Both the position numbers and the translations under genes were made by a program. The notes beneath the pieces are model-generated. The model was not told the DNA's origin, searched no databases, and worked only from the letters and a program-made list of their open reading frames with translations. From the human T2T-CHM13v2.0 reference genome, Homo sapiens, in assembly GCF_009914755.1 (NCBI RefSeq), contig NC_060938.1: DNA of 64,000 nucleotides; one strand, given 5' to 3'. Shown here piece by piece: positions 24,201 through 35,984 of the stretch (position 1 is the stretch's first letter; each line of letters opens with the position of its first letter).

Positions 24201-26589
24201 GGGAGAAGAATGTCAAAGCAAACAACACCCAAAAAATTTTTTTTTAAAAGACCCAGGAGAGAAAAGGAGGCAGCAGTGAATTTAAAACAACTGCCCTGAT
24301 CCCAACCAAATCCACTCAGTAATGTTCTGGGTGACTACAAGTGAGTCTTAGGGCTTTTGTATATGTGTGGATTTCAGACTCTTCCTAACACTGAACAAGG
24401 ACAGTCCTAGAAAAGCAAGCTTTCCTTCTCGCCTTTGTGTTTCCTAACTTTTCCCACCTCACCCCCGCTGTTAGTCTGTTGCAGAGAAAGGGCTAGTCTT
24501 CCTGGGACAAGGCCAAAAACCAGTCCAACTCACCCCAGAGTAGGGTGGCTGCCATCATGATACCCTATGGCTGGCTCACTGGAGAATTTGAGCAGGAGCC
24601 CTGTGCCAGGAGAACATCAGGTATGAGTAGAGCGGTGTGATCAGCTTTTCATCTAGAGAGAGGTCCGGCCCAGCCACCTTTCTGTGGATAAGGGCTCATC
24701 TAACTCACAGACACACCATTTCTAGAAAAACAGAGGTTCATGGCAGATTGGCATACCCACCTCTATGCAAAGCCAGAGAAATCCCAGCAAATGCAACTTT
24801 TGTTAACAACTAAAATGATTTAAATTAATTTCCAGGTGTTCCCAAGGGAGCCTAAAGACAGCCACAACCATCGTTCTGGTTGGCAAACAGCTTCTTGAAA
24901 TTCAATGCCTCAATGCCTTGTGTCCATAAACCCCATGAAAACTTATGGAAGATGCTAGTCCTTTGTCGGCTTGGCTTCTTTCAGCCTTCTAACTGTTCTC
25001 TGTCTTCTGTAATTCTGTCAGTGCCTCCCTTCTCCATGACTGCTTTGGTTTTTCCAATTTCCTTACTTAATCAAACCTCTGCCCACTCTTCGTTTCCCTA
25101 AGGGAGCAGGAGTTGGGAGAAAGCTGAAGCAAACCCAGGCAAAATCCAGAAGCAAAGAAAGTAACACATGGGTGTTGGGTTTAGTGGCCAGCTGTGCAAT
25201 TCCCAGGCTGTCCTCAGTGGGTGAGGCAGGATCCCCATAGACAGGCGGCTCACCAAGCACCTTATACTGCTCCTCCCAAGTTCAGCCACACCCTGAGCTC
25301 TGATCAGCTGGGACAAGGAAAATGGTACTCATGTCAGCCCATCTCCCTCCAAAAATTCTTACATACTTGACCCTGATACTTCTATATATTCCAAAAGTAA
25401 CATTTTTTTTTTCTATCAAAAACTGAGAGGTGACAAAAAGTGCAGAAGGATGAATGTCTAAGTTGTGGCCTTACACGCTCAGCTTCTTGCCATCCCTCCT
25501 AACCTTCAACCTGTCACAGTCATATAATCTATGACTCAAACTATTCTTTAACCATGAAAAAAGACAAACCAGGAAATTATAGGCTGAAATACCTAAAATT
25601 TATTCTATTCAACTGAACGAATCTCCTAATAAGTGTGTGTATATTGAGAAGTCATGCTCTACCTGTTTTGAAAGACATGGAAATTTCAGGAAAAGTGCAA
25701 GGTGACAGCAGATCGCAGCTTGTCGAGATTTGTCCTCAAAAGGGTAAGTGCCTGGTCTTGGGCCGAGTTGCCCAACAGTTTGTTAAAGGAGTCTTAAGAG
25801 CTGGGAACCGGTATGTTGCCATGGAGCACACCAACTCAATGTTCAAGCTGACCATATTCAAAGTCTGGCACTGCCCCCTCCTAGGCAAGCAGAGGACTCA
25901 CCTGCCTCCCTCAGTCTCCTCCTTTGTGAAATGGCTATGACAACAATACCCATCTCCTGGGGTTGCTGTGAGGACAGATGAGCAAAGCATTTGGCACACT
26001 CTTGAGTATGAGGTCCCCTCCAAAAAAAAGGAACCCAGTCAACTTTTGTTGTTAAGCAGCAACTGGCAAGACCAAGAAGAGCCCTGGAGGCCCCACAAAG
26101 TGGGATTCCATAGAGCCACTGGAGCATAGTCAAGTATCCCAAGCAAGAGAGAGGAGAGGGTCCCAGAGGAGGCCCAGGCAGCTGGCGGGTGGAGCACTGG
26201 TCGGGAAAGCCAAGGACAGGCACTCGCAGCCAGGGCGGCTGTGTGGGTGGGAGGACGCAGGGGGCTGCGCTCCAGTCTCCCCTAATTAGCTCAACCTGGC
26301 TACATCCTTACCATTGCATGTGTTCATCCTTATGTGAAATGGAGCCCATATTGACCTAGCACCCAGTATGTGCAAGGCGCTGGCTGAATAGGGAGCTGCA
26401 GCGGGAGATTTCAGCGTGATCATCACCTCAGAGACTTAATAACTGGGTGTTTCTGCCCAGATTCAGAAGTCTGTCCTTTTGTGAGCTGGATTGTAAGGAG
26501 ATGACCAGATGCTGAGAAATTTTTATTTGGAGGCTGATTTTTTTTTTCTTTCAGTAAGTGGAAAAGCAAAGAATTTGAAAGTGTTTTGG

Positions 26590-27210
26590 GAAATCTGAAC
26601 ACCAGTTGAATCTTGGTAATGTTTAGGGGGTATTATTAATTTTTAGGTGGAATAATGATAATGTGGCTAAGTTTGACAAGAATCTATTCTTTGGGGATAA
26701 AGAATGAACTTTTTTTTTTTTTTTTTGAGACAGAGTCTTGCTCTGTTGCCCAGGCTGGAGTGCAGTGGCACAATCTCGGCTCACTGTAACCTCCATCTCC
26801 CGGGTTAAAACGATTCACCTGCCTCCCAAATAGCTGGGACTACAGGCACACTCCACCACGCCCGGCTAATTTTTGTATTTTTAGTAGAGACAAGGTTTCA
26901 CCATATTGGCCAGGCTGGTCTCAAACTCCTGACCTCAACTGATCCGCCCACCTCGGCCTCCCAAAGTGCTGGGATTACAAGCATGAGCCACCACACCCGG
27001 CCCAGAAGAACTATTGACAGATGAAATGATATGATGTGATATACAGGATATACTTCAGAATTGTACAGGAGGTAGGGCGGTGGATGGTGGCACTGATGAA
27101 CAGGTTTGGCCATGAGTTGGTGATGCTGAGACTGGGTGGGTACACGGGGTTCATCATATCACTCTGTCTCCTTCTGCATATATTTGAAATTTTCCATAAT
27201 AAAATGTTTT
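26590..27210 (+). mobile_element. Old L1 3'-end fragment with inserted antisense Alu (26710-27002)
   Basis: Ends with tatttgaaattttccataataaaa, typical of L1ME/MC tails; full Alu dimer inside. Confidence 0.75.
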
Positions 27211-28864
27211 AAGTTCAGAAAAACTAAAAATGTTTTAACTCAATGATTCTTGTCTTACTAGCACTTGCAATACAGTATTTACTTCCTACAGACGTGTTCT
27301 TGGACAAGAAATGAAGCTATGGAAAAACCTGTCAGGGAGGGCTGGAGAACAGATGGACACCCCCACCCGAGGTCAGAAAAGCAACCTACACAGCCCTCCC
27401 CACACTTATGTGGGGACCAAGAGTGGGGTCCTGCCCCTCTGGGCCTCTTGGGCTGGAAGAGTACAGGCAGAAGGACTGATGTCCATTTTGACACTGCTTT
27501 TAAGCTCAGTAAAAATTACTATAAAATTGGTTTCAATATATTTTTAAAGCACAATGAACTTTTTTTTTTATTTCCTCAGCAGAAAGCCATCATAGCAGGG
27601 TAGGCAAGCTACTCAACCTTTCTAACCTTACTTTTCACAACAGGAAAATGGGGATACTTACATATCCCCCATTTCCCAGGGCATGAGGGTGAATGAGATC
27701 AGTGTGTCGAGTGCCTAGCACAGTAAGAACTGTAACAGGGTGGGTCTAATATGTGGCTTTTTTGTGGCTGTTAAGCCTCTGAGAGGACCACAGTAGAGCC
27801 ACCCCATCGTGAACACTCTGAATTTGAATGCTTTTCTTAAACATTTAAATTAAATAAAAATCAAGGCACACATCCTCTGAAACCCCTTTGGGCCAGGTAC
27901 CTTGCTGGGTGTCAGCCCCTTCAAGTGTCACAGAAGCCATGGCTGTGCTCAGCGCCCCCCAGCCAGAGGAGCTGCCCAGGCTCTGGAAAGAACAGGGCAG
28001 TTGGGATAGAGCCACCACAGCTCTCTCTAGTTGAAGAATTACTTGGAAAATGAAGAGTAAGGCACTGCCCACTCTGGTCCATGGCTTTGAATGTCAAAAT
28101 GCACCCCCAGAAAGCAGACCTGCAGCAGACCAACCCTTCCCAAAGATGGGGTTCAGGGTCCTCTAGACAAACAGCAGACCCTGGGCTTGGCAACATCTCC
28201 CAAAAAGGAGCTGAGTCTCAGGCAAGTGGTCCCTGAAGGCCTCTATACACCACAATGTACCTTCACTGGTGCAAAGGCCCTGCCAAATGGCTGTGTAAAA
28301 GTGGCCAGGCAAGAGATACAGTTCTAAGAAGAAATCAAGGAGCCATGGCACGCAGGACTCCCAGGAGAGGCAGGTGGCCTGCACAGCCAGTTCACGCTCC
28401 AGGCTACTGTGTGGGTGGCCTCCTGCTGACAAGCTTCAGCCAGAAGTGGGTATTTGGGACTTTGGGTGACAAGACTGGAGGAGACAAGGGAACCTAAGCA
28501 GAAGGTCATCCAGACCACCGTCAGAGTGGCCACACCAAGTCTTTGGGTTCTTGCTCTAAGTCTGCCAGCCAGATGAAGGGATGGAGGATTCACATCCAGC
28601 CACATCTTGACCCTGCTGATTCTGGAGGAGAATGGATGGAGCCCTGCACTGGCTCCACCTGCTCCCTCTTCTCCCATAAGAGGAAACAAGAAAGGAGGCT
28701 GGAGAGCCCAAGACAAAACTCAAGAATGTTCTCGAAAGGTCCTTGGGCTTTGAGACCTTCACAATGCAGTCATAAGATTATCCTGAGCTTCTGAAAGCCC
28801 CCTGGCTCCAGAGAAGAGAGCAATCTCTGGCTGCTAAACCTTGAGTGCAAAGGCTAAGGGCACG

Positions 28865-28970
28865 CCGGGGCCAGAATGCCTGGGTTCAAATCCTAGCTCT
28901 GCTATGTATTAGCTCTGTAACATTGGGCAAAGTACTTAACCCCTGTTTCCTCCTCTGTAAAATGAGGATA
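28865..28970 (+). mobile_element. MIR
   Basis: gcctgggttcaaatcctagctctgc...tgtttcctcctctgtaaaatg. Confidence 0.8.
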
Positions 28971-30403
28971 ACTATGGCCCTATAGGGCAGAGTCGTTGCC
29001 TAGAACAGTAGAGAACTCAAAATTAATTTAGCAAGGGGCCCTCCTCTGCCCAGTGGGATGTGCTACTATTGACCCCATGGGGTTCTGGAAGAAATCAACA
29101 TGCTACTACAATGGAAGGCATTTGAAGGAAGTGGAAAGTTTTCACAGAAAGTAGCCCAGAGACATGCACAGAGTGCTGCTCTCTGTGCAGACCAGAAACC
29201 CCAAAGATTTGTGCCTCTTTCTGTCAGAATGCAGCTTTCTGGAGCCCACCGGGCTATAGAAGCTGCATGGCGTCTGGAATGGGAATGGGTTGGCCTAGTC
29301 TTCCCCTGGAGGTATGGAGAGGAAAGGTGACACTTTCAGGCTTTGTGCAGGACAAGCAGAGAATATCACTCAAATCCAAGCTGGCTGCCCTGTGGGGGAC
29401 ACAGGCCCATGCCGGCAGGCCTGGGGAGAGCCACCGCTTGCTGAGGTTAGGCCAGCACCAGTGGGTGTGAGGAACCCACCTCCAGTCTCAAGAGCAGGGT
29501 TGGGCTTCCCTGGATGGGGAGGAAAGGGTTAAGCCGGCTTGGGCTCTGGAGGGAAAGCACTCGGCAGCTATAAACAGAGAGCCTAAGGAGGGAGGGGGCT
29601 GACAGGATGTGGCCAGGGCTCGAGCTGTCTGATTATTAACTTCACTTTTATTTGGAGGGGGATTTGATTCTCTGTTTTACTTCCCATCAAGGAAGTGAAA
29701 GCCCAGGTCTCAGAGGGGCCTGGTTTCAAATTGTTTTGTCACAGCTCATTTATTTTTCCTTTTAAATAAATAAACAAAACCACCTCTTTGTTTTCCCCTT
29801 AATGAGCATTCAGCAAATCATCTGTGGGTGAGGCATGAACGGGGTTTTCTGGAGTCCTTCATGGGAGAACATTTGGCTTATTATTTTAAAAGGAAAAAGC
29901 AAGGATGTCTCCTTTAGCTCCCAGTCTTCTCCAAGGCTGTGAAGGCACTTTCTCTTTTGCCTCCTCTGAAATACCGACCTAGACCAGCGAGGAGTCTGAA
30001 ATCACAGCCTCAAGCCCGGCCAAGGCCCCAGGAGCTTCCTTGGTTGGACCTTGGGGCTGGACCCGCAGCCTGCCATTCCATCTGACAGGCCCTGACCCTG
30101 AGGCCACGCAGAGGAAGCACCCAGCACGGGCTCAGTGGTTTGTCTTCTTGCTTGGGCTCAGACCCATGGCTTTTGTTCCTCTGACACCCTGACATTTCTA
30201 CTAAAATAACAAAGCAATTAAACACACAAAAGGATTCCATGACAGCCTTAAAAAACACCATTACATGTTCCTTTACCCAAGGTTGAAAACATTTGGGAAC
30301 TTGATTTCCAACATCAAAATCCAGATCAAAACCCATTCAACAATCCCATGATCCCCTTGCAACAACCCTTTCCTGGCCAGTATCACAGGGTGCCGACCCT
30401 CAC

Positions 30404-30549
30404 AGGGTCTCACAATTCAACAATTCAGTGAGAGAGGATGCAGCAACAAAGACTGTAACGAAAAAACAGGAGAGTCTAGGGTCTCACATCAACAATTCAG
30501 TGAAAGAGGATGCAGCAACAAAGACTGTAAGGGAAAAACAGGAGAGTCT
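30404..30549. repeat. Diverged tandem duplication (74 + 72 bp)
   Basis: agggtctcac...caggagagtct repeated at 30404-30477 and 30478-30549. Confidence 0.9.
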
Positions 30550-31079
30550 ACAGCTGAAGCTACTGCTACTCAAGGTGGGCAGAGAACGGAAGAGACGGAT
30601 TCTGTTGGAAACTAAGAGGGGAAATCCAGGAAGGCTTCCTGGTGGAGCTTATCTTTAAGCTGAACCTTGAAGGACTGGTAAGATGAACGGATGTTCTGGA
30701 ACCTGAGAAACACCCAAGTACCAGAGAGACAGCATCCATGTGTGAACTACTCTAGACAGAGGCAACAGGCGTGGTGGGGCCTGGGGCTCCTCAGAATGGC
30801 ACCTCAAGTCCCCATGGTGGTCAGGGACTGGAATGCATCGGCCGCCTGCAGCCAGCTCCGCGGGGCCAGTCCCTGACCTCTGGCTCGGAGATTGGTGTGC
30901 CCGGTGAAGGAGTTGCCCAAGCATCTTAGGCAACCAGATACTACGCCTGGCCTTGGACCCTGCCACTTGCCTGCCCCACAAAAACCTGCTGACCGCTGTG
31001 ACCTACTTTAACGCCCTCTGACTTTCCGCTCTTTGAATATGGGGCAAAAAGAAGAAGGGCGACTGGCGCCATCCAATTC

Positions 31080-31745
31080 ACTTGAGGCTCGGAGGCTCAG
31101 GCCTGCCTTCCTGGCGGCTACTGGGGTGGCGTTTCCCAGCACCCCCGGGAAGCTACCAAGGTCCAGGGCTCTCCTGGGCTTCTGCGACGCCCACGCACTC
31201 CTGCGGCCGAGCTTCGCGGTCGGGCTCTCCCGTCGCCACCCCGGCGTCTGCTCAGCCGCGAGCGAGAACCAAGCCGGGCCGGGCGCGGGGCCCGGGCGAG
31301 GCCGCCAAGATGGCCGACGCGCTCGGCAGCGCGCGGATCACGCGGGAAGGCTGCCCTTGGCCTCCCGGGAAACAGCCAAGGTTCCGCCGCCCTCCTTGGC
31401 GCTCTGCCCCGGCCGGCCTGCCGGGATCTCCTCCCCGGCGCGGTCTGCGGCTCCCGGGGCCTCGCAAACCTTCCAGGCCCGAGGCCATCCAGACGTGCAC
31501 ACCAGGCCCGGCTCGCGAGGGGAGACACAGGGGCCGGGGCTGCGGCGGCTGAGCTCCCTGGGCGGCTCGGAACGCAAGGGGCCGGCGAGCCGACGCTGCT
31601 GCAGGAGGCTGCGGCGTGGGGCGAGGTTCTCGCTACGGCTTCGTTCCCGTCCTCCCGCGGCCGCTCTCCCCCGGAAGCCCTCAGAGGCAGCACGATGGAC
31701 GTGGCCACACTGCCCTCCAGTGGCCAGCTCGCCGAACAACACGTC
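31080..31745. promoter_or_regulatory. Orphan CpG island ~23 kb upstream of ZFP36L1
   Basis: ~650 bp of very dense CpG; YY1 motif CAAGATGGC at 31306-31314; CTCF motif at its right edge. Confidence 0.85.
31708..31726 (-). promoter_or_regulatory. CTCF motif (TGGCCACTGGAGGGCAGTG)
   Basis: One deviation from the CCASYAGRKGGCRS core. Confidence 0.6.
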
Positions 31746-31895
31746 TGGGCCCCTTTTGGGGGTCTGGGTGACGTGTCCACCCTCTCTCTGCCCTTTGCTA
31801 CATTTGAAGGTGGGGTTTGCTCATCCATGGTTCCTCTTACAGGTCACCAAAGCTGCCACAGTGCACACTCACCCAACAGCAGGGGATTTGCCGCC

Positions 31896-32068
31896 TTCGG
31901 TGGTTCTCAAACTTCAGTGTGCACAGGAATCCCCCCTTGGACAGTTCTTTCAAACCCGGATTGCTGGGTCCCCCAACCAAGTCAGAGAATTTGCATTTCT
32001 AACAAATCCTCAGGCGATGCTGAGCTGCTGGTCCGCTGGTCCTGGAGCCACACTTAGAGAACCACTGG
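31896..32068. mobile_element. MER5A (hAT-Charlie) MITE
   Basis: Ends gtggttctcaaa...gagaaccactg; internal atttgcatttctaacaa. Confidence 0.8.
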
Positions 32069-32089
32069 CTCGGCTCACTCTTTCTCTCA

Positions 32090-32420
32090 CGGGGTTTCTG
32101 TCATCTACTCATTTAATACAGAATATGTCCTGCTAGCCCCGGAGGACGAGTGGACGGAACAACTTTCTCACCCCTCGCGGAGCTTAGTCTAACGGAGGAG
32201 ACAGACTTGTTTCAACAAATCACCTAGAAAGAAATATAAGATTCCATTTGAAAAGACTTTCAAATTCCTATGAAGGAAAAGAATCAGGTGCTCAGAGAAC
32301 ATATATAAATGGGGCACTCATTTAGATTTGGGATGGGAAGGTTCTTGAGGAAGACCTCTCTGAGGAAACCCTTAAGCTGAGGCCAGGAGGAGGGATGAGG
32401 TCCTGAGGGGAATGGGGAGG
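32090..32420. mobile_element. L2 fragment
   Basis: ctcatttaatacagaatatg...gaagacctctctgagg...aagctgagg resembles L2 3' region. Confidence 0.5.
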
Positions 32421-33758
32421 GGACTGGAACTGGCAGGAGGAGCAGGTAAGATGCAGACCCTGTCTGTAGAAGCAGAGACTGGTAGGGGGCCAGGCAGGGG
32501 GTCACAGCCTCCTAGGCCCATGCCTCTGGTACCCACAGAGCTGCCTCCTCAGAAGGGCAGCATCCAGGGGAGAAGAGGGCCTGCCTGCATGCTCAGATCT
32601 TAGCTACCCCCGTCAGTGCCAAGAAGAATGCTCCACCTTGAGGAACCCCAGCCAGGTGCCCACAGCCCACAAACTTCTCTTTGCCTGAGCAGATTTATGT
32701 AGGTACCTTCTGTAAGGCCTGAAGGGCAGTCACATCTGATGGAACCAGGTCTGCTGAGTAATGATGAACAGACATGATGTTACCATCTACCCATCAATGC
32801 CCTCAGTGTGCCATCTCCTCCCTCCTGCAGTCCAGGATCCAGCTGTTTCTCCAATGAGCATTTTTAAGCACCTACTATGTGCTCTGCACTAGGATCACTG
32901 CAATGCTCTGTGGGGCATGGCACAAAGAGGCCAGCCTGCCCTAGGAGGCGCCAAGCACCCTGGAGGGCAGGTAGGTGGAGTACACCCTCCCCGCCCCAGT
33001 CTCAGCTCCAGCCTGCTGTGTGCACCCCCACCCCACCCAAACATCCCTGGGGTCACTCATTGCAGGTGGGCCAGGCTGACAAATGGCAGCCAGGAATTCT
33101 AGTGTTCTAATGATTCTTACTTTGTATCAATGCCAGCTTGATGGCAGGGGCCAGGATGACCACCAACCACTGCCACTTTATCCCTTGTGCTGACAAGGAG
33201 GTATCATCCCATTAATCCTGTTACCTTGCTCAGTCCCTTCTGTCCCGTTTTCACATCTGAAAAATGTGGGGTGGGGATGAGTTGTGTTAGATGATCTCCA
33301 AGGGTTTCTGATCCATGCCTAGCCCACCAGTGCACTGTTGGAGAGATGGACGAGAACAGCCCTGCCCAATGACCCCATGACCCTAGCATTATGCAAAGCA
33401 AGGCCTTTGTCGTTAACAGACTCCAGGTTAGGGGAAGGGAGCGGGGAGCAGCTGAAAAACTATGTGCAGCTTTAGAATCAATCAAATCAATCCAACTCTA
33501 TTCCTGACTCTGTGATAGCCAGTAAGTGGTTTAACTTCTCTGAGCCTGTTTCCTCATCTGAGAAATGGGAATAGCATGGTACCTACCTCACTGGGCTGTT
33601 CTGAAGATTACTGATAATAGCTACCACTTAGCAAGTGCTTGATCCGTGCCAGGCAGCACACTAGAGGCTTCCCATCCACTCCATGAGGTCATGTGCAGAA
33701 GTACTGGTCCCATGCCAGCAAGGAGTAGGGCTCCATCACAGTTGTTAACGCATGACAC

Positions 33759-33980
33759 CCCTACTGCTCTGCACACATATATTTATGTAGTCCTACGGCC
33801 CTACTGCTCTGCACACATATATTTATGTAGTCCTACGGCCCTACTGCTCTGCACACATATATTTATGTAGTCCTACGGCCCTACTGCTCTGCACACATAT
33901 ATTTATGTAGTCCTACGGCCCTACTGCTCTGCACACATATATTTATGTAGTCCTACGGCCCTACTGCTCTGCACACATAT
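33759..33980. repeat. Perfect 40-bp minisatellite, 5.5 copies (CTACTGCTCTGCACACATATATTTATGTAGTCCTACGGCC)
   Basis: Five identical units at 33761-33960 plus a half unit; flanked by MIR-like sequence. Confidence 0.98.
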
Positions 33981-35389
33981 TTAACAGGCGAAGGGGCTTA
34001 GCAAGCTCTTGGCACATAATAAGCACTCAGTAAACGGTGGGCTTCATCATTAGCCAGAGAGAAGGGACTCTGTGAGGAGGTCCTACAGAAGGAGAAATAT
34101 GGAGAAGTGGGTGACCCAAGATGATGGCTCACACACCTCTCCCAGGAGGGCCAGCCCCATGCCTAGCTAGGCAGTTCCCTGGCTAGGACGTCAGCTCTTA
34201 CTCACTCTTTCCAGAGAGCAGCTAATTAGCCTCCCAGCAGCCAGGAGCTCTCCAGATGAAAGGTGCTTAATACAAGCTCAAGGCGTAACTCCCATATGTA
34301 TAACTAAGGTTCCCTGAGGTGAGGAAGGCCCCAGGGCGGAGAGACAGGCCAGATCAGGGCCTCGCCTTCTTTATGACGGAGGTTCCCAGGGAAGGGAGCC
34401 GGCTGGGGTGGCAGTGAGCCTGAGAAAGGGCTCGGGGTGGTGGGTGTGCGGCTTCAGAGGGAGCCCCTCCCTGGGAGTGGGCGGGGCCCGGTGGCTGAGG
34501 AGGCAGAGTGAATGCTTCAGGGCCCAAGCTGCCTCCCAGAGTGGGAGCTCCAGGTCAGAAGACAGCTTAGAACTGGGTGGGTCAGAGCGAGGGCTTTGCT
34601 GCTGGGCTGCCAGGTCAGAATCCCAGCTCTGCTATGGCCATTCCATGTCCCAGAGCCTCAGCTTCCTCCTCTGTAAAACGGAGATAATGATAACATTGAC
34701 CTCACAGCTATTTACTGACAGCACTTAGTACAGACAGGACCTGGCACCCACTACGTAAAGAATGAGGATTTGTACATTTGTTCATTTAACAGATATTTAT
34801 TGAGTACCTGCTATGTGCCAGGCACTGGGTGTTAGAAATACAGTCATGAACAAAACAGATCCATTTTCCCTTGATTCTGTAGGGAAGATAGACCACAGAC
34901 CCCAGAACCAAGAGATCGGTAATACACTGCCTGGCAGTGACCTGCGCTGTGGGAATCGGGTATGAGGATGGGGTCAGGTGTCCAATACAGCGGCAGAAGA
35001 GCAGGTACCCAGGCAGATATGGGCAGATTAAGAAACGAACCAGGGTTGAAGGGCCAACCCAAAGTGCGCAGCAAATCAGAGGCGGGAGCCTGGGCCTGCA
35101 GCATAGGAATGTTCACCCACAGCTGCTGAAGCAGCCGCAGCAGCTCCCTCTGCCCCTGACTAAGGGGTGTGCCCAGCGAAGCCACCTGCCCTCACCTCCC
35201 CCTTGGCTCCTGCCCCTGACTCCCGCAGTCTGGAGTCCAGCAAGGCAAGGGAACTGACACAGCCCCCAGGGTCACGATGGCTTCCATTCTTTGACATTCA
35301 CCAGTGTCACTGGCTGAGCTCAGGCTACACGGCCATCTTCTCTTTGAAGCCTCCAAACCAGCTGGTGAAGTCAGTAGCACCCCTGTGTT

Positions 35390-35750
35390 TTTTATCAAGG
35401 TAAGGTTCACATAACATAAAATGAAGCATTTTAAAGTGAACACTTCAGTGGAATTTAGTATATTTACAGGGTTGTGGAACCTCCGCCTCTGTCTAGTTCC
35501 AAAACATTTTTATCACCCCAAAAGGAAACCCATACCCACTAAACAGTTGCTCTCCTTTCCCTCCTCCCCCAGGCCCTGGAAACCACCCTCTACTTCCTGT
35601 CGCTATGGGGTTGCCTATTCTGGATACTTCACCTATCCAGAGCTTTTGTGTCTGGCTTCTGTCACTTAGCATCATGTTTTCGAGGTTTATCCAGGTTGTA
35701 ACATGTATTGTTATTACACCTTGGTCTATGGCTAAATAATGTTCCATTGT
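35390..35750 (-). mobile_element. L1 3'-end fragment (L1MB/ME-like)
   Basis: cacataacataaaat...ttccaaaacatttttatcacccca...cacttagcatcatgtttt. Confidence 0.8.
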
Positions 35751-35940
35751 CTGTAAGCACTCCCATCTTACAGATGAGGAAACAGTCCCGAGGCACTGAG
35801 ACTCCCAGCTTGAGTCCACACCGGAGAGACATGGTCCGTGCAAGCCTGCTCCCCAGATGGCCCCATCCTGGCACTGCCGTCTGGGAGGAGGCTGCCCCTG
35901 GGGGCATGCTGGTCCCTGAGTGGTGACCTGACCCCTTCTG

Positions 35941-35984
35941 AGGTTCACTTCTCAGCGCAGGTTCACTTCTCAGCGCAGGTTCAC
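35941..35984. repeat. 18-bp tandem repeat x2.4 (AGGTTCACTTCTCAGCGC)
   Basis: Direct read; perfect copies. Confidence 0.9.

Noticed and set aside
25870-25885. Weak CTCF-like motif (CTAGGAGGGGGCAG, minus strand)
   Set aside because: Two mismatches in the core; not called without a matrix score.
31033-32136. 367-aa plus-strand ORF (and overlapping 236/156/134-aa ORFs)
   Set aside because: Starts at TTG, has low-complexity Arg/Pro/Gly/Ala composition, is open in several frames because of CpG-island GC content, and runs into a MER5A transposon; no domain recognised.
33759-33980. CRISPR-like appearance of the 40-bp repeat
   Set aside because: Units are head-to-tail with no unique spacers; eukaryotic context; no cas genes.
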